From Macrostomum hystrix (lineage: Eukaryota > Animalia > Platyhelminthes), in NCBI GenBank assembly GCA_950097015.1, contig CATNEN010000001.1:12090001-12154000 (forward strand): a stretch of DNA of 64,000 nt, in the 5' to 3' direction. Both the position numbers and the translations under genes were made by a program. Under the pieces are notes generated by a model. That model was not told the DNA's origin. It was given only the letters and a program-made list of their open reading frames with translations, and did not search any database. This document shows, in pieces, positions 25,300 through 39,430 of the stretch (position 1 is its first letter; each line of letters starts with the position of its first letter).

Positions 25300-25563
25300 A
25301 CAGTATTTCCAAATTCCAAATCCGGCCCGTTGCCCCTTTCAACACCTATAGTATCCTGTCTCATCTCTCTCTCATCTGGAGATGGAGAGTCTCATCTCTC
25401 CACTTTCTCATCTCTCCTGTGTCTCCCACCTCATATCTTCTCTACCTTATCTATCCCGTGTCTCATCTCACCCCTTTCTCATATTCCTACAGTTAATGCG
25501 GCCCGCTGTCGTCTTTTAGATTATCTCTGTGGCCGGCACACTAGTAAGTTTGCCGACCACTTG
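25300..25563 (-). mobile_element. Degenerate copy of the hAT MITE found at 62524-63289
   Basis: Shares CCAAATC.GGCCC, CCTGTCTCATCTCTC repeats, GCGGCCCGC.GTCGTCTTT.AGATT.TCTCT and a TIR-like TTTGCCGACCAC.TG end. Confidence 0.6.
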
Positions 25564-26584
25564 TGTATGAAAATCGACAGCTTAATAAAGGAAGTTTGCC
25601 AAATGCGCTAACTGATGGGATGGTTTGCCAGCTTTGGAGGAATAGGCCTACTTTTAAGGGGGTATTATTTGGTAGATTGCCAAAAAGTTGTGATTTGCTT
25701 ATTCAGGCTTATTACTTCTGGGTTGTTGCTAAAGAATTTAAAAGCAACGTTTGTGCACCCGATAGGGTCAAAGCTTGCTATTTGTTGCTATTTTTGACCC
25801 AGTAAAGTGGTATTCTGATGTTGGTTCGAGTTTTAGGAGCAAATTAGTTGTTAAACCCTAGGGTCAGGACGAGTACTCTCGTTTACAAACGAAGAACTCT
25901 AGTAATTTGCCATCAAACTCCAGACACTAGCTCAGGACTAAGACCCCAAGATCAAGGAAGTGAATTTCATCCAACAGTTGGGCATACTTTTGTACTTTTT
26001 TATTTCCGCGCTAATCCTAGTCGATGATTGAGAAATCACGGCTTGAATCGGCTTGAATAAATGATCAGTCAGATGTTCTAGACAGACACTAGAATTTTTG
26101 TCGTACAGTGTGATTGTCTTGCTGTTCCGCTTCAAAATTAAGCGGATTAAAGCGTCATTTTCAATTCTTTTGATGGACGTTTTTTTACTTTTGAGTCTGT
26201 GTTAGGTATTTTGTGTCTTTAAAACATTCTCGCATCCGTCTCGTGTATGGATACTTTTGTGTGGCTTAGAAAATAATAATAATGAACTTTGGTAAGGATT
26301 TTATAATGCTTCGATGCTATTTTAGAAACTCCAAGTTTGCACTTTTGTTCGAATACCAAGTGAGGAAAGACTTGCAGAATCAAGGGAGTGAGTTTGACCT
26401 TTTATGGTTGGTTATTCGTAAGTGAGACTTTAGAATAATAGTCCGATAATAGTGGATACTTACGAATAACCGCATTGTCGAATTTCAGTGGGGCCATAGA
26501 CAAAAAGGGCATCGAAAGGAGAGAGGGGTTACCGAGGAGAGAGAGAGACAAAAATACTGACGTGGTTTACTGGAGTTTGGGCCA

Positions 26585-27699
26585 TAGACAACGAAGTTGC
26601 AAACAGGCCGGGCGGTCCATACTCTCCTGCAAGTCTTGTGTGCATCCGCGCCGGGATACAGCGCTTTCTGACTATGGTGGCTGGTTTAACGATCAACATT
26701 ATCGATTGTGAGGAATTCGTCCTAGCGAATAGAATGCTCCGAATGAAAGTCAGGGAATGGCACAACTCCGGCGGTCAGGTTCGATCATATCCGCCAATCG
26801 AGGAGGGTGATATGGCTACGAAGCTACGGACGTATTTCGACAGATCAGTGCAGAGACCACTCAGGATGAGTTTCTACTCGTATTTCGCGTTATGTACGGC
26901 CTAGGAGTACGAGGAAGGGAACATCTGGAGTCGATTGAATCCAAGAAGTGGTTGGTGAAGCGCGAAGACTCGGATGGAAGACCGTACTACGCATTGCCTG
27001 TACTGAATTCCAAAAACAAGTCTGCCGATCCCAATCGAGCCAAGCGTGACATCGACGTAAAGCAGGCGAGAATCTACGATGTTGGAATTGTGGACGACTA
27101 CATGGCTATATTACCAACGGAGAAGAAGAACGACTCACTGTTTCCCAGGCCACTGAAGAATGCAGGAGGCACCAGACGATTTTGCTCGAAGCAGAAACGA
27201 GGAATAAATTACCTGAGGACTTTCATGAAAGCGCTGAGCAAAAAAAGCGAAGCTGTCTAAGGAATACACCAATCACAGCATTCGGTGAGTCAGTTGGTCG
27301 GGGAAGTGCGTATGATGTTTTCAACTTGTCTCTGATTGACTCTAGTTTACAGTTCAATTGCTCAATTGTTCTAGAGTTACCAGAGTGTGTGACCTGGAAT
27401 CGGCTGGGCATTCGATGAGCGATATCATGGCTATCACGGGTCAAAAGTCCGAGAGCACGGTCCGGCGCTACCTGGCAGTTAAACGGGACAAGTCCCTGCA
27501 ACAATGCAGCGATGCAGTGTCGCGTGCGTTGAACATGGGACAAAGCGCCGCGATCCACGGTCAAGTAACAATGCCTGCTGCCATCAGCATCCAGAGCTCC
27601 ATCGTGCAAGAAGCAGTGAGCGTGTCTGATGGTCGTCAGATGAACGGTCGGAGTATCTTTATTATGAACAACTGCACTTTTAACAATTGCAATCTGTAA
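26585..27699 (+). mobile_element. Crypton-type (DUF3504-like) tyrosine recombinase, frameshifted, with one intron
   Basis: Reassembled across frames: EVANRPGGPYSPASLVCIRAGIQRFL, MYGLGVRGREHL (Arg I), SLFPRP, RGINYLRTFMKALSK, KEYTNHSIR | intron 27285-27374 | VTRVCDLESAGHSMSDIMAITGQKSESTVRRY, and a C-terminal NNCTFNNCNL. Frameshifts near 26855 and 27245. Confidence 0.8.
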
Positions 27700-28749
27700 T
27701 GGTCTTCGGCACTACATTGACAATTGCGCCATATTGATACTGCACTATTAACTTTCCATAGCGCTCTTTTGTTGTTGGTGTTTGCTTCTTTGTTCCAAAA
27801 ATAGGCATCCATTATCCGAGGAGCGCAGCGTTTCTGACGTGCAAATCGATCGTCAAACGTGAGTATAGGCGTGTTCGAAATCATTATCCTGAAGTTTAAG
27901 TGAAGAAATAAATGGAATGTGCTCATGGTTTAACCATAGACGATTACATTATCCTAAAGACGGATTTTTGACAATGTCTAGGGTGGCAACACAGTCGCAC
28001 TGGGTGGTGGCGCTACCGTAGATCCTTTAAGTGTATGCATAAACGTTTCTGTGTAAATGCGTAACTGCAAAACGCTACTAATAACTTGCAAAGCTTGCGC
28101 ATGTGGTAATTATAATGTCAATGTGAATGCACAGCGCCTACACAGTTGACTATGTTGCCATGGCGATCCCCACATTACACTTTGTTAGTGACGCCTGCTA
28201 ATGCAATCTGAAATTAAAGAAAAATAATTTTTTACTAAAGTCAATGAAAGTACGAATAGAACAATACTTTATCTACCCTGCCATGGGCTATAAACGATTT
28301 CTTTATTATTTTATTAGACTCGCAGATAATCAGAAAATATAAAATATAAAATTAGGGTCGGTAGGACTATTTCAAAGATGCGTTTAAAACAAGTTAATAA
28401 GTTCATATTTCTTGTTATAAAAAGTGAACAACCGCATTAATGCTTCCAGAAGCAAGGAAAACTATAAGAAATATAGGCATAGTTATCATCCACTTTGAAA
28501 TCTTTGTCGAGGTCACAAAGTTACACAAAATTAGCATGATTTCGTTTCAATTCTTGTCGGTTGCTTATATGCACATGTACATGAGAATAATGAAATTCGT
28601 CCTTCGTGTGGTTCTGCTATGTACTCTTATTATTTGGCCAACTACGAGTACCTACACGGTACTAACACTAAAAATCAAAGGCAAGCTGTAGCGACAGAAG
28701 CTCTCCTAGGCTATAGAATTCCGGAATCTGATGTCTGATCGACCGAGTT

Positions 28750-30852
<2,103 letters not shown>

Positions 30853-30983
30853 TTATGCAGGGAATACTCTTTCGGCAGACTTCTGATAGGGCCTTCTTTC
30901 TGGCTCTCTTTCTTCGTCTCTGCGGTCCTAACCTTCTCTGTACTGTGCTGCAGCAGAGAGAATCATTAGCAGCTGGTGTTGCG

Positions 30984-31758
30984 TTCTCACGGCTGCACGG
31001 CACTGTGTCTCCACCTAGCTCTCCTCTTCGGTTGCGGAGAGGACAGGCAAGGCTGGGACTGCAGCGACAGACCCCTAGATAAAGTCAGTGTCTTTAGAAA
31101 CAGGCGTTGGCGTCAGCTTTACAAAGTGGCTCGCCGTGAACGGAGGTTGAATTCGAACTGTTTCTAAGAAATATTATATTTCGTTTCGGCTCTATATAGT
31201 AGAGGAGAGAAAAATAATGGAATTTCCTCAACTGGCTGTGCAGCTTTGACAGGGTTGAGCGAGAGAAACACGGAACGAATGGAGGGAGAGGGCACTCTGG
31301 GTGCCTCACCCAATGGACTAGCGGTGATAGATAGGGGAATAATAAAGAAACTCCGCTTTTCTCGGGTGGGGGTTTGAAGGCAGGTCGGGTAGTGAGGCGG
31401 AATTCTTAGCCACCAGCCGTGGGAATTCTGTCAGCTGTTGTTGGGGAGCAGCGGGTTTTTAGCTCGAGCGAAGGAGAAGCAGACTGGATATTTAGCCGAT
31501 GTGGCAGAATTCCTTCTTAGCAGCCTGAACCCTTGTCTGCATTATTTTCCCGTCCCTTTTTTCAAAATGTCTTCTTTTTATGATTTTATTTCTGTCAGCT
31601 TTTTCTTGTTTACGAACAAAACCATGGAGACTTGGCCCAGGATTCGCGGAGTTGGGGTTGCTTGGAGACTCCGGACAGGACTGAGGGCCTTCGGGAGCGG
31701 CTGGGTGGGTAAGTGAACAAACAGACTCCCGATGGGAGCACGTGTTGGAGTTCCCACG
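30984..31758. promoter_or_regulatory. Three consensus CSL binding sites (CGTGRGAA) upstream of the Su(H) main exon
   Basis: TTCTCACG at 30984-30991, CGTGGGAA at 31418-31425 and TTCCCACG at 31751-31758. Confidence 0.6.
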
Positions 31759-32149
31759 ACTCTCACATCCCCTCCTATTCCGCTTCTACTCTTTATTCCT
31801 TGCAGTTGGCAAAAGAGAGGCTGGGCCATGCTTGTGAGGATTTTGTTAAGACCCCCTCTTTCTTCTTCCAAACAGAAAATTGCTTGCCCAACCAGGCACT
31901 GCCTAGGGAATACTAAAGGCCAATATGATGGTGATTCGTCAATGCATCGCGGCTCAGATGCACGAGGATTTTCTGTTGGAGAGATAGCTGACATGTAAAT
32001 CCGAAATAATTTACACCATTCGGTGGGCGTTTGAGGTGACAGGAAGACAAGAGCATTGTCAAGTGCAGGGAAGAAGAACAATAAGCTTACGAACCAGATT
32101 TTGAAGTTTCTGGTCAACTTTGGTACGCCATTAAGGGCCAACCTCTAAG

Positions 32150-32337
32150 TCACAGTGATGGTGTACACTGCCTGACAATGAGAAAATCAGTGCAGTTGTA
32201 CGCGTGTGTATCTGCATTTGAGTGCGTGTGCTCAGGAGTCAGCGGAATGGTCAGAATTGCCTCCTCACTGGCTGCTGGGCCGCTGTCACCAAATGATATT
32301 CCATTGCCCACAGCCCTGCTGTATTATTATTATTATA
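32150..32337 (+). mobile_element. SINE family 1, 3' part with (TTA)n tail
   Basis: CACAGTGATGGTGTACACTGCCTGACAATGAGAAA...CTCAGGAGTCAGCG...CAGCCCTGCTGTATTATTATTATTA. Confidence 0.7.
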
Positions 32338-32579
32338 CTAGTATTTTCTATTTGGTCTGCTGTTTCATAAAAAATGGGTCCTTCATTGCACGGTGTAGGG
32401 TCGCCAATTATTTTTTCCTCATGCAGTTTGAAAACATTATTTCTTTTCATAGAATAACAATATTTATTAGTTTTTTTGGTAACAGTTTAAAATTTTCTGA
32501 TGCAGGAAAAAGAGACCAAAAACCAGACGGGGCGAATTGTGACTTTTGAATCAATTCAGAGCTTATCGTCTATTGCCAA

Positions 32580-34826
32580 TCAAAACGTGCACAGAGCCTT
32601 GAGAGTTCTGCAGCAGCCGCTCAGCGATTGAGCACAGTAGGTCTTGCAATTGGCTATGTCGTTGCTGTCGCGCAGGTACTTAATGTAGTCCCTCCAGCCG
32701 GCGCAGGTATCGCCCCAGGAGTCGCCCCAGAAGCAGGCCTCTTCGGCGGCCGGGGCCGCATCGTCGGCCGCGCACTCTCCGTTCCAGTTGCAGCTCTTCT
32801 TGTTGCCGCAAGGCGAGCCGATCGGTGCGCGAAGACCACCGCCCGTGACACCGCTGGAGGATCCAGCTGTCGGTGTGCAGAAGATCTTGGCGCAGATTGT
32901 TGCCGGATTCTTTGAGGCATCATCAGTGAGGAAAAACTTGCCAGGGCTGCTCGGATAAGCCAGTCGGCACACCTGGTCGAGAGTCATGCGACTGCCCTCT
33001 CGACCCGCCGCAGTCATGGAGGTGACCGATACGCCCTGACGGCTCCTCAGACAGTTGGCATTTCCTGGAAAGTTCCATATATAACGCTGCATTAACTACT
33101 TTAAGGAATGAGTGGCAGAGCTGTTGACAAGTTTGCCAATCGCTCCTAGATCCCTGAGATTAAATGCGCGGCGAAGCCACATATATTTGGGGCGCGGCCG
33201 TGGAGAGAAGGCTTGGGGGCTTGTCTTGTAGTTTACGACGCCCTTGGGGGGGCAAACCATCAAGGGTTAGTGAAAGAGTACACTATACATGACGATGAAA
33301 AAGTCTGGGTAGATGTACAGTATCTCTGTGACGATATCGCTGGTGTTCATTAGTAAGAGAAATGAGCAGTATTTTTTTGCTTTCTGCGGGTTTAATGTCA
33401 CTAAATAATTTTCCAGGGTCCAAAACCATCCTGAAAATGTTATTATCTTAAAGGGTGCAAAAAAGATCTGATATAAATTTACAAGTTCATTAATATTTTA
33501 TTACCACTGTTAATGTAGTTCTGAATGTACTTCACGGTGCAGTGTGAGAACCGATAGGAGTTCATTACATCGCTGAGACTATAAGAGCCAGCTGAGGGTG
33601 ACATGAGATACTTCGAATCCTTTTTGCACTGATCTTCGTCGTTGTCATGATCGGAGCCCAAATTGTGGGCCAGCTCGTGCGAAGCGGTGCCCCAGCTGTG
33701 GAGGCCCTGGTCCTCGTTGATGCTCTGGCGCGACTCCTGGCAGGCGCCGCCAACGTAGGCCATGCCGCAGACGGCGAAGTTGCCGCCACTCTGGATGTCG
33801 GTGCGCGTGAATGCCATCACGTGATCGGCTCCCTTGTCCTTTGAATAGGTCTTGATGTAGCCCAGGATAGCGCCGGCATCGTTGGCTGAAATGCGGAAGA
33901 GAAATTTGAATCTAACCATGCTCTCACTCACCAATTAACAATGAGAAACATTTTTTCCTTTATACCGAATGTAAATACAAGCTTGATTTTAAGTATCATT
34001 TAACACTCACCATCAGCAGAACCAGCTGGAGGCATCCAGGGTGCGTCTGCCTGGGTCTTGGCCACAGTGAAGCCGATGCACTTGATACTCATCGACGGCG
34101 AGCCGATGTTTCTGAAGGTGGTGTCCAGGCCGTTCAAAATGTGCGTGTAGTAGTAGTGAATCTCCGTCATGGCTGTGTCATCGGAGCCATAGATGGTCTT
34201 GAAAGCGTTCCACACAGTGTGATCAGCAAGCAGCCTTATCTCAACCTCGTACTCCGTGGTTCCTTGGTTTGACTGTCGCTTCTTGCGGCTCACAGCTCGC
34301 AAGATTTTATTCGTGTCAATCTGCGATTCAATGCCATCCGGCTTGGCGATGTTCTTTGTGACTCTGTGCTCTGATTTGCCCGTAGGCTCCAGGAAGTACG
34401 AGACTCCTTCGTGCATCACGTGACCGCTGATGCGCTTCTGACCGTTCACGTGTCGGACGCTGATCACTGACTTGGTGTCGATGTCCCTGTAGTGAGCGTG
34501 GTTGGCGTGATGAAGCTGACGGGCCGAAAACGTCCTCTCGATGCCATTCTCGGCAACTGTCATTGGCACATTCTCGAACGCCTCGGTCTTAGTCAGTGGA
34601 ATGCGGACTTTCTTGTTGGTGTACGGCAGTTGAACTTCCAGCTCCATGGTGGACGGATGCGGCCCGTCCAAGCTGGAGCTGGTGATGGACACTGAGGCTT
34701 GAGCCACCGCAGCGGTCAGCACAAGCAGCACTACAAATTAAACGAAGAGGATAGAGAACAGAAAACACTTAAAGCATTAAGGTGCTGAAAATTAAGAAAA
34801 TTTCTGAGCTTACCAAGGCGCAGCAT
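32580..34826 (-). CDS. Secreted M12B/ADAMTS-like metalloprotease, type A copy 1 (~532 aa)
   Basis: Exons 34826-34814 (ATGCTGCGCCTTG), 34730-34011, 33885-33505 and 33064-32580, all introns phase 1 GT-AG. Signal peptide MLRLVLLVLTAAVAQA, RKKR furin site, HELAHNLGSDHD, Met-turn YLMSP, Cys-rich C-terminus. TATAAAA at 34918-34912. Confidence 0.9.
33108..33400 (+). mobile_element. Older SINE family 1 copy in intron 3 of protease A1 (also in A2 at ~55560-55780)
   Basis: GAGTGGCAGAGC head and TTTGGGGCGCGGCCGTGGAGAGAAGGCTTGGGGGCTTGTC body match 19530-19670. Confidence 0.65.
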
Positions 34827-35507
34827 TTTTGGGCTCGACTTTTGGGCGCGAATCGTTTGGTTTAAAGACTTGCCGGTTTTAAAGTCTGATTAATGGAACT
34901 AACGGCGAAAGTTTTATACGTGTAGCCTTAGGCTGACTAAGGTTCGACTCTTTTTATGCACCGCCGCCTGGCTTTTCTCCAGCGGATATTGTTGAGCATG
35001 CAGCGATTAATTCATGGCCACGATCTAGCCAATAGACCGGTCTCAATGTCTCAGAGTAGTCACTTTAAAGTCAACGCTTATCATCCCGGATATTAAATTC
35101 CGTCAAAGAAAACGCAGGTTTTCAAATCGGTTGATTTGTAAGATATTTACTGGCTTGATCACAGATACGATCACAGTGCGCAGTTTGCAAACCAATTTCC
35201 GCTAGCTCTATATTAGGTCACTCAGCCTTGACCTCCGGTCCGAATTTGTATGCCGAATCACGAGAAATTTTACTTTTTAATTAGACCTCTTATGAAAGGA
35301 ATATATTGAGACAAGTTGACAAACTTAGACGCATAGCTAAGAAGAAATCTTGTTGATGAGTGTACTCGCTAACGAAATAGTAAAATTTTGTAGATTGACA
35401 AAAGTTGATAGAATATCCATTTCAGATTCAGTCGAAGTGATGCTGGTGGATGCAATGTTTCAATTTATATTTAACTCTAGAGCTACAAATGAACAAAGAT
35501 AAGCATT

Positions 35508-35850
35508 ATCGAAGCAGGAACTGTAGCTGGAATCGAAGCAGGAACTGTAGCTAGAATCGAAGCAGGAACTGTAGCTGGAATCGAAGCAGGGGCTATAGCT
35601 AGAATCGAAGCAGGAACTGTAGCTGGAATCGAAGCAGGGGCTGTAGCTGGAATCGAAGCAGGAACTGTAGCTAGAATCGCAGTAGGGGCTATAGCTAGAA
35701 CCGCAGCAGGAGATGAAGCTAGAATCGCAGCAAGGGCTATATCTAGAATCGAAGCAGATGCTATATCTAGAATCGCAGCAGATGCTATATCTATAATCGC
35801 AGCAGATGCTGTATCTAAAATCGCAGCAGAGGATGTAGCTAGAACCGTAG
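35508..35850. repeat. 24-bp minisatellite
   Basis: GAAGCAGGAACTGTAGCTGGAATC units, decaying to the right. Confidence 0.9.
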
Positions 35851-36281
35851 CTTTGTCACCGATAAATAGCTGCCAATGAGTCAGAAAGCATAACCTCAGT
35901 ACATCTTGTTTGCTAGTTTTTGCAAATTTGCAAGCAGAAAAAAAGACAATTGTGCAGCACTTATAAAATAGAAAAATCGTAAGTACTCGTAAGACATAAA
36001 TATTGCATTCGATGTTTCATATACTTACCAAACTACTAATAGAGGTATGAAAAGCTTGTAATCTGTTCATCATTTAAACAGTCTGGTAGTCTGAGTAACC
36101 TTACCAGCTAAAGATATGGCACTTGTAAGATCTTTCAATAAAAAAGAAAACTCCGAACTTATTGTACAGTCATATACCCGAAATCAGTTCTCAGGTGAAC
36201 ATTTTGTCAATATATTTCAATCAGCAGTTGGTCACAGACATGTCAGTCCATTGCTGATCTACGCAGCGCGGCCGAAACTGC

Positions 36282-38143
36282 TCAGGCGCAGACGCTGGCC
36301 AGGGTCTTGCAGCAGATCGACTTCACCTGATTGCAGTAGTAGCTCCTGGTGGCTGAGTTCGGCGCAGCGGAGATGGTCTGGTAGAAGCTCTGGCACTGCT
36401 CAGCCGGAGCAGCGTCGCCAAAGAAGCAGGCCATGTTGATCACTGGCACCCGAGGGTCTGCCGTGCACTGTCCGTTCCAGTTGCAGCTCTTCTGGCTGCC
36501 GCACGGTGTTCCGACTGGAGCGCGAAGACCGCCGCCAGTGTTGCCGCTCGACGGTGTCGTCTGGCAGTAGATGGAGGCGCAGATCTCCGACGGGTTGTTG
36601 ACCACGTTGTTGCTCACCATGAACTTGCCCATGCTGTTGGGGAAGCTGAGCTTGCACACCTGGTCGAGCGAGAGGCGGGTGCCCTCGAGAACGTCCTCGG
36701 CCAGCTGCGGAACCTGACTACCGTCCGTGCTCTTCAGGCAGTTCGAGGAGCCTGAGGCAATGAAAATCGAAAGGGAAAGAAGGAGACAAGATTGCACTCA
36801 TATGACATCATTGTTGCACATTTTTTGCTTATAAATTTTGCAGATAACTAAACTCACCCAAACTGTTGATGTAGTTTTTGATACTGTTGACTGTGCAGTA
36901 CGAGAATCGGTAGGAGTTGTGCACATCCGCAAGGCTATAGATCTGGGTGGACGGCGACATAAGGTTCTTGGAGCCGGGGTTGCAGCTGTTGCCAGAGCCG
37001 TCGTGGGGCGAGCCCAGATTGTGGCCCAGCTCGTGGGCGGCGGTGCCCCAGCTGTGCAGACCCTGGTCCTCGTTGATGCTGACGCGACGAGCAGTGCAGG
37101 CTCCGCTCACGTAGGCCATGCCGCACACCGAAGAGCTTCCGTCGCCGGTGATGTCCTTCCGAGTGAAGGCCATGAAGTGGTCGCCTGTCTTGCCCGAGAT
37201 GTAGGAAGCCAGGGACGACAGGATTGCGCCTCCATCGAGGGCTGAACAAATGCGTGAGGCGTGAAGGCGTGAATTTGTTGAACACGGCAGGTTTACTTAC
37301 TTTCTGCTTTGATGAGGAATATGATGCACATGAAAACTCACAAGCAGGCATCCAACGGCTGTCGAAGGAGCTCTTTGCGATCGTGATGCCGATGCACTTC
37401 ACGCTGATGGAAGGTGAGCCCATGTTCCTGTAGGAAGTGTCGATTCCGTTCAGGATGTGGGTGTAGTAGTAGTGCAGCTCTGTGAGCGCCTTGGCGTCTC
37501 CGAAGATCGAGCGCATCTGCGACCACACGGTGTCGTCAATCAGCAGGTGGAGCTCGACAACGAACGTAGTCGGAGACCTGTTCGACTGTCGCTTCTTGCG
37601 GCTCTGAATTTCCGGCTGTCCGATGTCAATCTGCTTGGCCATGAGCTCCGGGTTGGCAGTGTTCATGGTGACGCGGTGCTCAGAGTCTCCGATCGGCTCC
37701 AGAAAGTACGAGGTGCCCTCGTGCATCACGTGACCACTGATCCGCCGCTTGCCGTCCGCCTCGCGAACGCTGATCACTGACTTGGAAGCAATGTCTCTGT
37801 AGTGAGCGTGGCTATCGTCGTGCACCTGACTCGACGAGAACGTAGTCGACAGTCCGTTGTCCAGCACCGTCATGGTAATGTTCTCAAAGTCGTCCGTCCT
37901 CGTCAGGGGAATGCGCACCGTCTTTTCATTCGGCAGCTTCACTTCGATCTCCATCGATGACGGATGACGGCCGTCATTGCTGGTTCGGCTGACCAAGACA
38001 GACGCGTTGGCCACCGCTAAGACGCTAAGCAGGAGCACTGCTGCTGTGGACAGTTTCAGGGTACTTGTTCAAGGCTGTCAATGCGATAAAATGATTCATT
38101 AGTCTTGCAAAAGTGCGACTGCTGACTTACCCAGATACTTCAT
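36282..38143 (-). CDS. Secreted M12B/ADAMTS-like metalloprotease, type B copy 1 (~520 aa)
   Basis: Exons 38143-38131 (ATGAAGTATCTGG), 38037-37342, 37241-36858 and 36751-36282, phase 1 introns. RKKR, HELGHNLGSPHD, NLMSP, C-terminal CCKTLASVCA. TATAAAA at 38223-38217. Confidence 0.9.
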
Positions 38144-39430
38144 TTTGATGAGTTGCTTCCTAAGAGCTCGAAGATTCTTCGTTGAGTGTCTGCTTTGAGC
38201 ACTAGTGCGCAGACACTTTTATATGCAAAATCTTTCCGGTGTTCGAATGCCTTTTTGTTTGCGATCATGTCTGAACTGCTTTTGAAACACGGTGGACTCC
38301 GGAAATTGATTTTGAAACTGAGAAAATTGCAGTGGTTATTTACCGTTTGGATTTTACTGCTTAGACGTTCTATTTAATTGGCAATAAAGTTTAGAGATGA
38401 ATGGTCTAATTTCGTAAATATACAGGAGGTGACACGCTTTTGAATTTTTTGTGTCATTTTGACCGGCATCGGTCGAAGTTGATAAAAATTCTTTACAAGT
38501 AACAAGTTTGGTAAATTCAGCCCCTTATCTGAATACTGTCTCCTTCAAACTCTTCTAATCCCTCCCATTCTGCTAAAACTTCAGTCAGTCTTTCCATATC
38601 TCTCCTAAAAACTCTTCTCTCTTCCTGCAGTCTCTAAATTTCTCCAGCCTCTGCCATACTGCTTGCTGATGCTAGCGGTGGCCAAAAACATCCGCCTTGG
38701 GCGTTGCGTTGGCAGTGACACTGGTAGCATTTTTGTCGCGTTTTTGCTATTTCAAATCATGGGATGCTAATTACTAAGATTTAAGCTCCCAAAATGCAGT
38801 TTTTTAGTGAGCCAACTGTAGGTGCTGGTTTTCCAACTGTCTTTGACTTGATTCAGATACAAAGTCTTGGTTATATACGCATTCACTATTCGCATCAGCA
38901 ACAAAACGAGCGACTTTCATGTTTTAGACATCGATGCTAATTGATATAACAAAAGCTTGCAGAGCTTTTCAAACAATTTCGAATTTACGTCGCAAAAATT
39001 CAACCAGATATTTTTACTAGCTTGTGTCTTCACGAACTTATTTTGTCAAGAATTTGCACTGACCAAACATTTCAAGTGCAAATTTTCATGATTTCAGCAG
39101 ACAGTTTTATTAAAAAATCGAATGAACAAAGAAATTCTAAAAAAACTTGCTCCATGCGTGCGGAAATTAGGCACCACACTGGAGCCACGCAACTTGCCCA
39201 AGGAGAGATCGTTCTTTCTTAAAGCATGTTGATAGCAAAAGTTGCAGCCAACAGGAAGACAAATTCAGCTGCGGCAGATGTTTCATTTAGACTCTTTCAC
39301 ATCCCAGATATTAATTTCCACAACTCGACCGGATGCTCAGAAGTCTATTTTACCGGCGGCGTCTGGCTTGCTCTACCCAGGTAACTGATCCTGCGATACG
39401 AATTTGCTTTCTGAGTGCAAGGCACATACA

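Noticed and set aside
31578-32141. 187-aa ORF, possibly retroelement-derived
   Set aside because: No motif I can identify with confidence.
36935-38038. 367-aa ORF-track products with an Arg/His-rich tail (also 60232-61335), suggesting frameshifted proteases
   Set aside because: The tail is read-through of intron 2 into the wrong frame. Splicing restores the protease frame.
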